A stretch of 64,000 nt of DNA from Anaerovoracaceae bacterium (lineage in GTDB: Bacteria; Bacillota; Clostridia; Peptostreptococcales; Anaerovoracaceae), in the NCBI GenBank assembly GCA_051892195.1, contig JBJFFZ010000141.1, forward strand, positions 8,352 to 72,351. The letters are read 5' to 3'. The notes below the pieces were generated by a model. The model searched no databases. It was not told where the DNA came from and was given only the letters and a program-made list of their open reading frames with translations. The position numbers and the translations under genes were made by a program. Of this stretch, positions 56,403 to 64,000 are shown piece after piece. Numbering within the stretch: the stretch's first letter is position 1; every line of letters begins with the position of its first letter.

Positions 56403-58578
56403 AATTTCACCTGCCGTAATCAGGGACGACCTGAAACGCTTCTGGGCGGTACCGGTGTTTTCCTTTGTATTTCTGTTCTTCAGCTGCATTTTTTATCTGC
56501 TGATGAATATGAAGGATCTTGACAACATCGACAACATCTATCTGGTGCGGTATGTGGATAACCTGCTGACCGGACAGAATGCCGCAGTGCTGGTGGATCT
56601 GTGCGCCGTTTCCGTGCTTTCGGTTCTCCTGGTATTCCGGTATCTTCACAACACGGGCCATGTGCTGGCGGTGCATTCTCAGCCATTTACCAGAGCGACG
56701 CTTATGAACAGCCACACGGTATCATGCATCATATTTACCATAACACCGATTCTGTTAATCGGACTGATTCTTCTGGTCATCGCCCGTCCGTGCTACTACA
56801 GCCAGATGTATTACGCAGCTCCGGAGGATATGGTCAACGTCTTTGCCAGAACCGGAGTTCTGCGGTGGATGCTGGAGTGCGCCGTCTGCGCCCTGTTTGT
56901 GATTGCCGTGTCCATTATCGGCGGCATGGCCACAGGGACTTCCTTCCACCACGCAGTGGCAGCCCTGGGATTTAACGGCGTGCTTCCGCTTTGCACAGGA
57001 ATGCTGACCTTATATTTTGAAAAGTACTTATTCGGTTATACAACGCCAAACTGGCTGGAGCCTGTAGTAATGCATATGAGCCCGGTTCTCAAGGATATTG
57101 ATTCCGGCTTTATGTCCGGCCTGAACATCCTGTACTTCCTCGCACTGACGGTTCTCCTTTATGCAGGAGCCATGGCTCTGTACTACAGAAGAAAGCTGGA
57201 GCGGGCAGGAGAAGGCATCGTCTTTAAGGCCTTTGATGTTGCCATTACGCTGGTCTTCGGCTATCTGGGCATGACCAGCGTGGGCATGACCTTCAGCGCC
57301 ATCTTTGACCAGTCTGCAGGAGCCACTGCAGTAGGTTATGTGGTGGGTGCACTGCTGGGCATGCTGGTGATCCGCATGATTATCATGAAGTCTGTCAAGA
57401 TCTTCAACCGGGGAACGGCCATCCTTCTCGGCGTCTACCTGGTGATCGCTGCGGTGTTCCTGGCAGGTCTCATCTTTGACCTTACGGGCTACGAAAAAAG
57501 AGTTCCGCAGAACGCAACCCACGTAACCATGGAAACAGGTCTGCTGGAGTTCAGCAATGGCCGACAGATGCCTTACAATGACCCGGATGCCGTGGAACAG
57601 GTAAAGGCTCTGCATCAGTATGTGGTGAATCATAAGGATGAATGCCAGGCTGCCACTGAGACGGAACAGATTGAATACTATGAGGACTACGATTATTCTT
57701 TCGGTGAAGACATGGTCTATCTGGAATTCAGCTACTACACGGGAGAGCCGGGCGCAAAGGAGGCAAAGCTGACAGAGCGCAGAAACTACCGCGTTCCTGT
57801 CTATCTCCTGCTGCAGAGCGAGGAAATGGAAACCCTCTTTGACTCCGGTTCCTGGGGGAAGGCTGTGGAAACGCGGTTTGAAGAAATAAAGAACATCCGC
57901 AGCGCCAACATCAACTCCGGCGCATACGAACGGGGCAGTGCCTACGGTACAGAGCAGGATGCGTATCTGTGCACCGATCCTGAAAAGCTTGCATCCCTGA
58001 CCGCTGCACTGAAGGCAGACTATGCAGGCATCACAACGGAAAAGCTGAAGGAATCCTACAACCGTCCGATTCTCGGATGCGTTTCCCTCAATTATGTGGA
58101 TAACAGCACTGCAACTGAAACAGAGCTGTCTGAGGAGGGTAAAATCGCATACACGAAGGAGGCGGCGGACACTTATCTTTCCGCATATTTCGAAATCTAT
58201 CCGTACTTTACCAATACCATTGCCTGGATTCAGGAAAACGGCTACGGCTCCATGCTGCAGCTGGATCTTTCCAGAATCGCCGGGGCTGTAGTGACCTCCA
58301 TCACCGACGGCATTCCGGATGTAAGGACCGAGTCCTGGTATGACAGCGGCGTATTCCCGGCCTTTGAGCAGGGAGCGGTGACCATCACCGACCCGCAGAA
58401 GCTTCTGGTTCTGTTTGAAAACTGCAGATCCCATACAGCCTTCGGGCCGCTGAAGGAGCTCAGCACTGGAGACGACAACATCTACGCCATCCGCTTCTAC
58501 GAATCCACAGGAATCGACGGACAGAAAGAACTGAACAGCTGGCTGGACGCCTACATCGACGGAAAATATCTTCAGTAA
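56377..58578 (+). CDS. ABC-transporter-associated membrane protein with a large C-terminal extracytoplasmic domain
   Basis: About 9-10 TM helices in the first ~370 aa, followed by a ~360-aa acidic soluble domain. GGGAGGTG RBS precedes the ATG at 56377. Operon context is ytrA-ABC. Confidence 0.75.
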   Translation: MRSATSYFKISPAVIRDDLKRFWAVPVFSFVFLFFSCIFYLLMNMKDLDNIDNIYLVRYVDNLLTGQNAAVLVDLCAVSVLSVLLVFRYLHNTGHVLAVHSQPFTRATLMNSHTVSCIIFTITPILLIGLILLVIARPCYYSQMYYAAPEDMVNVFARTGVLRWMLECAVCALFVIAVSIIGGMATGTSFHHAVAALGFNGVLPLCTGMLTLYFEKYLFGYTTPNWLEPVVMHMSPVLKDIDSGFMSGLNILYFLALTVLLYAGAMALYYRRKLERAGEGIVFKAFDVAITLVFGYLGMTSVGMTFSAIFDQSAGATAVGYVVGALLGMLVIRMIIMKSVKIFNRGTAILLGVYLVIAAVFLAGLIFDLTGYEKRVPQNATHVTMETGLLEFSNGRQMPYNDPDAVEQVKALHQYVVNHKDECQAATETEQIEYYEDYDYSFGEDMVYLEFSYYTGEPGAKEAKLTERRNYRVPVYLLLQSEEMETLFDSGSWGKAVETRFEEIKNIRSANINSGAYERGSAYGTEQDAYLCTDPEKLASLTAALKADYAGITTEKLKESYNRPILGCVSLNYVDNSTATETELSEEGKIAYTKEAADTYLSAYFEIYPYFTNTIAWIQENGYGSMLQLDLSRIAGAVVTSITDGIPDVRTESWYDSGVFPAFEQGAVTITDPQKLLVLFENCRSHTAFGPLKELSTGDDNIYAIRFYESTGIDGQKELNSWLDAYIDGKYLQ

Positions 58579-58649
58579 TGGATAAGAAGCTGTAACGAAC
58601 AAAAAAGACAGCGCTGCGTCCCGCAGCAAAAAAATAAAAACAAAACAGA

Positions 58650-58686
58650 AAAAACGGAGACCTTTTCCCGGGGTCTCCGTTTTTTC
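58650..58686. terminator. bidirectional terminator between the ABC permease gene and patB
   Basis: AAAAACGGAGACC...GGGTCTCCGTTTTTT hairpin. Confidence 0.65.
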
Positions 58687-58756
58687 GGCTTTTGTACAGA
58701 GCTCCCCGGGTTCTGCAGCCTGCTGAGGAAAATGGTGCAGAGAACCGGGACTGACC

Positions 58757-59926
58757 TTACCTGAGGGTTTTAAGGGTCTCCCGCAGGTTTTCCATGGCCT
58801 GCTGCACCAGGGAACGGGGACAGGCGATGTTGATCCGCTGAAAGCCCAGTCCCTCCGGTCCGAACATGGTGCCTCCGTCCAGCCACAGGCCGGCCCGGGT
58901 AATGAAGGCTTCCAGCTCTTCCTCCGTCAGGCCCAGCTGCCGCATGTCAAGCCACAGAAGGTAGGTGCCATCCGGCTCTATAAGGGAGATGCCGGGAAGC
59001 TCCTCCGTAAATCTGCGGACCAGGGCGATGTTTTCCCGCAGATAGCTCCGCAGCTCCTCAAGCCAGGAAAGGCCTTCCCGGTAAGCGGCCTCGCAGGCTG
59101 CCATCCCCATGACATTGGGACCCGGGGCGCTCTGGGTTGTCAGCTCCTTTTTGAAGCGCCGCCGGAGCGTTTCGTTTGGAATCATGATATTTGAAACCTG
59201 CAGTCCTGCCAGGTTAAAGGTCTTGCTGGGTGCGGTGCAGATCATGCAGATGTCTTCATATTCCGGTCCCAGACACGCAAAGCAGGTGTGGGGGTGATCC
59301 GACCACACAAAATCGCAGTGAATTTCATCGGAAATCACGGTGACGCCGTATTTGCGGCACAGGTCGCCCGCCCGGCGCAGCTCGTCCTTCGTCCACACCC
59401 GGCCTACGGGATTGTGGGGGCTGCAGAGAATATAAAGCTTCACCTGATGCTCTTTGATTTTGCGTTCCATATCTTCAAAATCCATTTCATACCGCCCGTC
59501 TGCAAGCTTCAGAGGGGAGTTCACCAGGGTCCGTCCGTTGTCACGGATCACGTTGCTGAAGGGATAGTACACCGGCCGGTTAATGAGGACTGCGTCGCCC
59601 GGCTCCGTAAAGGCCCGGACTCCTGCAGCCAGCGCAAAGACCACCCCCGGCGTGGTGACGATCCAGGGGCGCCGGGCCCCAAGGCCGAAGTGGTCCTTAA
59701 ACCAGTCCATAACGGCTTCATAATAGGAATCCGGAATCAGTCCGTAGCCGAAAATTCCGTGCTCCACGCAGCGGCCAAGCCGCTGAAGCACCGGCGCAGG
59801 CGCCCGGAAGTCCATATCTGCAACCCACATGGGCAGCAGGCCCTCCGGTCTGTGAAAGACGGCAGAGCCGTCGTATTTTATGGATGCCGTCTGGTGACGG
59901 GAAATGAGTTCATCAAATGGATTCAT
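58757..59926 (-). CDS. patB: PLP-dependent C-S lyase / aminotransferase (MalY/PatB family)
   Basis: N-terminus R..T.S.KY..., LCSPHNPVGRVW, and SKTFNLAG (PLP lysine). Confidence 0.9.
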   Translation of the reverse strand: MNPFDELISRHQTASIKYDGSAVFHRPEGLLPMWVADMDFRAPAPVLQRLGRCVEHGIFGYGLIPDSYYEAVMDWFKDHFGLGARRPWIVTTPGVVFALAAGVRAFTEPGDAVLINRPVYYPFSNVIRDNGRTLVNSPLKLADGRYEMDFEDMERKIKEHQVKLYILCSPHNPVGRVWTKDELRRAGDLCRKYGVTVISDEIHCDFVWSDHPHTCFACLGPEYEDICMICTAPSKTFNLAGLQVSNIMIPNETLRRRFKKELTTQSAPGPNVMGMAACEAAYREGLSWLEELRSYLRENIALVRRFTEELPGISLIEPDGTYLLWLDMRQLGLTEEELEAFITRAGLWLDGGTMFGPEGLGFQRINIACPRSLVQQAMENLRETLKTLR

Positions 59927-60198
59927 GGCAGGTTCCTTCTTTCTTATTTCTGTTATTACTGTTCCTGCCGGATGGTCCGAAACTATCCGGCAGCCTTATT
60001 TTAACAGATGAACCGGAAAAAGATTCCTGCCGGAGCAAAAAAATCTGCTTGATGTGGGGGAACAGGAATATTATGATTAGCAGAGGCTGGCAGGGACGGA
60101 ATTCCGCATTGGGGTCCGGAACTGTCCGGGGGAAAGGGACGCCGGCGCCTGCCGGCAGTGCAGAAGCATGCAGAAAAGAAAGGGGATTGTACGAAGCA

Positions 60199-61260
60199 AT
60201 GAACGAAGATATGAACGATATTAAATTTACAAGGCCGGAGGCCTTTGTGTACGGCCCGGAGGGCGTGAGTGCCGGCGGAGCCGGCGGGCCCGGGGAGGCA
60301 GGTGTTTTTGCTCCTCCGCCGAAAAAAAAGAAGACAAAATTTCTCATTGCGGGGATCGCATTAGGGCTTCTGGTGCTTGCGGGGATTATTGCAGGCCTGG
60401 TGAGCTACTTTGCCGGAGACGAGGGCTACGGAGGCGGAGACCCTTATGTAGGGGTGCTTTACATAGAAGGAACAATTACTTCCTCAGCGTCCTCCAACGA
60501 TACCTACCAGCAGAGCTGGCTCCTGCGGCAGGTGGAATACATGAAAAATGACACGTCAAACAAAGGGATTATGCTTTATGTCAATTCTCCGGGAGGCAGC
60601 GTGTATCCCACGGATGAGATGTACCTGAAGCTCATGGAATACAAGGAAGAAACGGGACGGCCGCTCTACGCCTACTTTGCGGAGACGGCAGCCTCCGGGG
60701 CATATTATCTGTCCGCGGCTGCGGACAAGATTACGGCAAACCGCAACTGCACCACCGGTTCCGTGGGGGTCTATGTGGGTCCCATCATCGATGCCAGCGG
60801 TCTTCTGGAACGGGTGGGCGTGAAGGTGGAAATCATCCGCTCCGCCGAAAACAAGGCCATGGGCAACAGCTACGAGCCTCTGACCGAAGAGCAGCGGGCC
60901 ATCTATCAGGAGTACGTGGATGAATGCTACGACCAGTTTGTGGGAATCGTTGCAAAGGGAAGAAACATGAGCGAGGAAGCGGTCCGGGCCATTGCTGACG
61001 GAAGGATCTATACGGCGTCCCAGGCTCTGGAAAACGGGCTCATCGACGCCATCGGGACTCTGGCGGACGCAAAGGAGGCCATGAAGAAGGAACAGGAGCT
61101 GCGGTGCGGCTTTGAAACAGTGCGCTACACGCCGAAGCGGGATCTGTATTCCATCCTCACGGGGTATTCCAAAGCTTCTGCAGGGCAGACCGATCTTCAG
61201 ATTGCCATGGAGCTGCTGAACGAAAGCAGCGTGCCGGAAGTGAAATATCTCATGTCTTAA
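60199..61260 (+). CDS. sppA: signal peptide peptidase SppA (S49 family, 36K type)
   Basis: N-terminal TM anchor after a KKKK stretch. NSPGGSV and AASGAYYL (catalytic Ser region). The upstream part of the track ORF (59917-60198) overlaps patB and a promoter-like element. Confidence 0.85.
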   Translation: MNEDMNDIKFTRPEAFVYGPEGVSAGGAGGPGEAGVFAPPPKKKKTKFLIAGIALGLLVLAGIIAGLVSYFAGDEGYGGGDPYVGVLYIEGTITSSASSNDTYQQSWLLRQVEYMKNDTSNKGIMLYVNSPGGSVYPTDEMYLKLMEYKEETGRPLYAYFAETAASGAYYLSAAADKITANRNCTTGSVGVYVGPIIDASGLLERVGVKVEIIRSAENKAMGNSYEPLTEEQRAIYQEYVDECYDQFVGIVAKGRNMSEEAVRAIADGRIYTASQALENGLIDAIGTLADAKEAMKKEQELRCGFETVRYTPKRDLYSILTGYSKASAGQTDLQIAMELLNESSVPEVKYLMS

Positions 61261-61336
61261 ATCAGACAGAGGCCGGAAAATGAAGCGCGCCTTCGGGTGC
61301 GGAACGTAAAAAATTCAATGAGAGAAAAGTTTTTCG

Positions 61337-61370
61337 GGGTGTCAAACAAAATTGCTTGACACCCTTTTTT
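61337..61370 (+). terminator. sppA terminator overlapping the ylxM -35
   Basis: GGGTGTCAA-N10-TTGACACCC stem followed by T6. Confidence 0.6.
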
Positions 61371-61384
61371 CTGTGTGGTAATCT
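61356..61384 (+). promoter_or_regulatory. promoter of the ylxM-ffh operon (TTGACA-17-TAATCT)
   Basis: TTGACA at 61356-61361 (inside the 3' arm of the upstream terminator), 17-nt spacer, TAATCT at 61379-61384. Confidence 0.55.
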
Positions 61385-61404
61385 ATCAGAGGTTCGTGAA
61401 AGAG

Positions 61405-61797
61405 GTGGTTGCACTGGCTGAAAAATCAGTAGAAAAGACAATTGAAATCGGCATGCTTTACGATTTTTACGGTGAACTGCTCACTCCCCGCCAGAAGGAG
61501 GTTCTTCAGTACTATTATGAAGAAAACTACTCCCTGAGCGAGATTGCAGAGGAACTTGGGGTCAGCCGGCAGGCCGTTCATGATACCATTCACAAGGCAG
61601 AAAAGTCACTGCGGACCTACGAGCAGAAGCTGGGGATTCTGGAGCGTTTCCGGGTGCGGGGCGCCCAGGCGGAGAAAGCCTCCGCCGCTGTGGATCAGAT
61701 GATCTGCAGGCTCCAGACGGGAGATGCTCCTGACAGCAGTGAGCTGATACAACAGCTCGGGACCATCCGGCAGATGCTGGGCAGTCTCGAGGAATAG
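61405..61797 (+). CDS. ylxM: YlxM/UPF0122 putative DNA-binding protein
   Basis: LYDFYGELLT.RQ.EV...YY.E.YSLSEIAEELGVSRQAV.D, located just upstream of ffh. Start is uncertain (GTG 61405, CTG 61414 or ATG 61444); the track start at 61375 lies upstream of the predicted TSS. Confidence 0.8.
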   Translation: MVALAEKSVEKTIEIGMLYDFYGELLTPRQKEVLQYYYEENYSLSEIAEELGVSRQAVHDTIHKAEKSLRTYEQKLGILERFRVRGAQAEKASAAVDQMICRLQTGDAPDSSELIQQLGTIRQMLGSLEE

Positions 61798-61805
61798 GAG
61801 AAACT

Positions 61806-63146
61806 ATGGCTTTTGAGGGACTTTCAGAAAAACTCCAGGGCGTATTTAAAAAACTGAAGGGCAAGGGCGTCCTTTCCGAGGCAGATGTCAACGAAGCAAT
61901 GCGCGAAGTCAAAATGGCACTTCTGGAAGCAGATGTCAACTTTAAGGTCGTAAAAAGCTTCGTAGCATCCGTAAAAGAAAAATGTCTCGGCGCCGATGTT
62001 CTGCAGAGCCTGACACCTGCCCAGCAGGTGATCAAAATTGTAAATGAGGAGCTGGTCTCCCTGATGGGAGGTACCGGCAGCAAGCTGACATATTCATCCA
62101 GCGGATTTACCGTAATTCTTCTTGCGGGACTTCAGGGTACCGGTAAGACCACCACAGCAGGAAAGCTTGGGGCTTATCTGAAGAAGAACGGCAAAAAACC
62201 CATGCTGGCTGCCTGCGACGTGTACCGTCCGGCGGCCATCGACCAGCTGGAGGTGGTGGGAGAGCGCGTAGGCGTTCCTGTCTACACAGACCGGGCGGAA
62301 AAACGACCGGAAAAGATTGCACAAGCTGCCGCAAAGGACGCAGAGTACCGGGGCTACGATGTCCTGATTGTGGATACCTCCGGCCGTCTGCACATCGATG
62401 AGGAGCTGATGGATGAGCTGGTCCGGGTCAGGGATGCAGTCCGGCCTCATGAGATCCTTTTAGTGGTGGATGCCCTGACCGGTCAGGATGCGGTGACTGC
62501 AGCAGAGGGCTTCAACAACGCCCTTGGCATTGACGGCATCATCATGACAAAGCTGGACGGTGATTCCAGAGGCGGTGCGGCCCTTTCCGTAAAGGCAGTG
62601 ACCGGAAAACCCATCAAGTTCATCGGTATGGGAGAAAAGTTCGATGCTCTGGAACCGTTTCATCCGGAGCGGATGGCATCCAGAATTCTCGGCATGGGCG
62701 ATATGCTCAGCCTCATCGAAAAGGCTCAGGAGCAGTTCGATGAAAAGGAAGCGGAGGAGCTGGAAAAGAAGATCCGCAAAAACCAGTTTACCCTGGAGGA
62801 CTTCCTCAGCCAGATGGGCCAGATCAAAAAGATGGGGGGCATGCGCTCCATCGTAGGGATGCTTCCGGGAGTCGGCGGTCAGAAGATCAGCGACGAGGAC
62901 ATCGAAAAATCAGAAAAAGAGTTCATCCGCATGGAGGCCATCATCAACTCCATGACAAAGGAGGAACGGAACAATCCAAAGATCCTGAACGCCAGCCGGC
63001 GCAAGAGGATCGCTGCAGGGTCCGGTCAGCCGGTGAGCCAGATCAACCAGCTCATCAAGCGGTACGAGGAAGCCTGCAAGGTAATGAAGCAGTTTACAAA
63101 ATCGCCTAAGCAGATGGGAAAGAAAATGCGCAGGGGATTCAGGTAA
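61806..63146 (+). CDS. ffh: signal recognition particle protein Ffh
   Basis: GLQGTGKTTT, DTSGR, TKLDGD, and a Met-rich M domain. Confidence 0.98.
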   Translation: MAFEGLSEKLQGVFKKLKGKGVLSEADVNEAMREVKMALLEADVNFKVVKSFVASVKEKCLGADVLQSLTPAQQVIKIVNEELVSLMGGTGSKLTYSSSGFTVILLAGLQGTGKTTTAGKLGAYLKKNGKKPMLAACDVYRPAAIDQLEVVGERVGVPVYTDRAEKRPEKIAQAAAKDAEYRGYDVLIVDTSGRLHIDEELMDELVRVRDAVRPHEILLVVDALTGQDAVTAAEGFNNALGIDGIIMTKLDGDSRGGAALSVKAVTGKPIKFIGMGEKFDALEPFHPERMASRILGMGDMLSLIEKAQEQFDEKEAEELEKKIRKNQFTLEDFLSQMGQIKKMGGMRSIVGMLPGVGGQKISDEDIEKSEKEFIRMEAIINSMTKEERNNPKILNASRRKRIAAGSGQPVSQINQLIKRYEEACKVMKQFTKSPKQMGKKMRRGFR

Positions 63147-63235
63147 ATCCGCAGATCCGGGGTGACCAGAGGTCACGGAGGGATTTTCGGAAATCCAGAT
63201 ATATTTGAAATTTTTTATTCAGGAGGAAAATTATT

Positions 63236-63481
63236 ATGGCAGTAAAGATCAGATTAAAGAGAATGGGAAGAAAAAAGAAGCCTTTCTACAGAGTCGTTGT
63301 TGCTGATTCAAGAGCACCAAGAGACGGAAGATTCATCGAAGAAATCGGAACATACGACCCGCTGAAGGATCCGGGCGAAATCAAGATCGATGCAGAAAAG
63401 GCAAAGAAGTGGCTCGGCAACGGCGCTCAGCCTACCGATACTGTAAAGAGCCTTCTCAAGAAGTCAGGTATCGTAGAATAA
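63236..63481 (+). CDS. rpsP: 30S ribosomal protein S16
   Basis: [35 protein letters not shown]. Confidence 0.98.
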   Translation: MAVKIRLKRMGRKKKPFYRVVVADSRAPRDGRFIEEIGTYDPLKDPGEIKIDAEKAKKWLGNGAQPTDTVKSLLKKSGIVE

Positions 63482-63488
63482 GAAGAGG

Positions 63489-63728
63489 GTGGAACGCGTG
63501 GTACAATTAGTTGAGGCTATCGCGAAGTCGCTGGTTGATGATCCTGCAAGTGTTGTTGTAACATCAGAGGAAAACAAGCAGGGAATCACAATTTCACTCA
63601 GGGTTGCACCGGATGATATGGGGAAAGTCATCGGAAAACAGGGCAAGATTGCCCGGGCTCTCCGAACCGTGGTTCGTGCTGCGGCGACAAAGGAAAAGAA
63701 AAAGGTTACGGTGGAAATCGTACAGTAG
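63489..63728 (+). CDS. KH-domain RNA-binding protein (YlqC/KhpA-like)
   Basis: KH motif VIGKQGKIARALRTV and the conserved position between rpsP and rimM. Coordinates are taken from the ORF track. Confidence 0.9.
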   Translation: MERVVQLVEAIAKSLVDDPASVVVTSEENKQGITISLRVAPDDMGKVIGKQGKIARALRTVVRAAATKEKKKVTVEIVQ

Positions 63729-63739
63729 GAAAACGAATG

Positions 63740-63766
63740 AAGGCATCGCATCCGCGATGCCTTTTT
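63740..63766 (+). terminator. hairpin with T-run between the KH gene and rimM (attenuator or partial terminator)
   Basis: AAGGCATCGC-atcc-GCGATGCCTT followed by TTTG. Confidence 0.5.
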
Positions 63767-63827
63767 GCACATCATAAAAACAGGCAGCGGCAGCCGCCGC
63801 TGATCGGCATAAAGGAACGGAGTACGG

Positions 63828-64000
63828 ATGTTAGACAGAATTAAGGTAGGAAAAATAACAGCGGCCTCGGGGATCCGGGGGGAGGTCCGGGTGTACCCGT
63901 ACACAGATGATCCCCATCGCTTTGATGAGCTTGCACAGCTGTATGTGGGAGAGGATCTCATGACCGTGGAACGGGCCAGGTATCAGAAGAATCTGGTGAT
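63828..64000 (+). CDS. rimM: 16S rRNA processing protein RimM, 3' end cut by window edge
   Basis: MLDRIKVGKITAASGIRGEVRVYPYTDDPHRF is a typical RimM N-terminus, in the conserved position after rpsP-KH. Confidence 0.85.
   Translation, partial: MLDRIKVGKITAASGIRGEVRVYPYTDDPHRFDELAQLYVGEDLMTVERARYQKNLV

Noticed and set aside
59917-60198. N-terminal 94-codon extension of the sppA ORF overlapping the patB start.
   Set aside because: It overlaps the divergent patB coding start and a TTGATG-17-TATGAT promoter-like element. The extension is Gly/Arg-rich with no signal-anchor features, and the SppA-like sequence begins after the ATG at 60199.
63481-63545. My hand reading of the KH-protein start region seemed 1 nt out of register with the ORF track.
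   Set aside because: This is most likely a counting or reading error on my side. The track translation is a coherent KH protein, so I adopted the track coordinates and did not call a frameshift.

Overview
This window looks like a chromosomal, mostly housekeeping segment of a spore-forming Firmicute. The gene content is Clostridia-like: pro-sigma-K, Rex, CIRCE-controlled groESL, RNase Y, AddA and an SLH protein. Gene order: ABC-F (5' partial) - rex - a 56-aa ferredoxin missing from the ORF track - P-loop/Asp23 fusion - groES/groEL - tRNA-Glu - SLH protein - gpmI - addA - small hypothetical - Mn catalase - tRNA-Pro - alanine:cation symporter - cheY/cheC - rpoN-pgk-tpiA - an ~8.6 kb signalling block - eno - secG - lipoprotein - rnr - sigK - ABC-F - maf-radC-mreBCD-PBP2-minD / rodA - rny - iscS-thiI - tetR-M18 aminopeptidase - MBL hydrolase - small exporter - nhaC - ytrA-like gntR + ABC transporter - patB - sppA - ylxM-ffh-rpsP-KH-rimM (3' partial). 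The signalling block holds a REC protein, a 7TM LytS-type kinase, a REC/winged-helix regulator, an orphan small transcript, EcsC and a ~1116-aa GGDEF/EAL/Cache/PAS/GGDEF protein. I saw no transposase, integrase, phage gene, CRISPR array or recognisable defence gene, so I cannot claim a new defence or mobile system. The most unusual signal is inside the signalling block. Two near-identical promoters, each built from three 11-bp-phased AATTTGC-type repeats, bracket the two-component cassette. The second one drives an orphan ~140-nt transcript that has no ATG and ends in a strong terminator, which makes it a candidate regulator-controlled sRNA. Coordinates of features located by hand (tRNAs, promoters, operators, terminators, refined starts) may be off by 1-3 nt. 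All function calls rest on motif recognition by eye, not on database searches.
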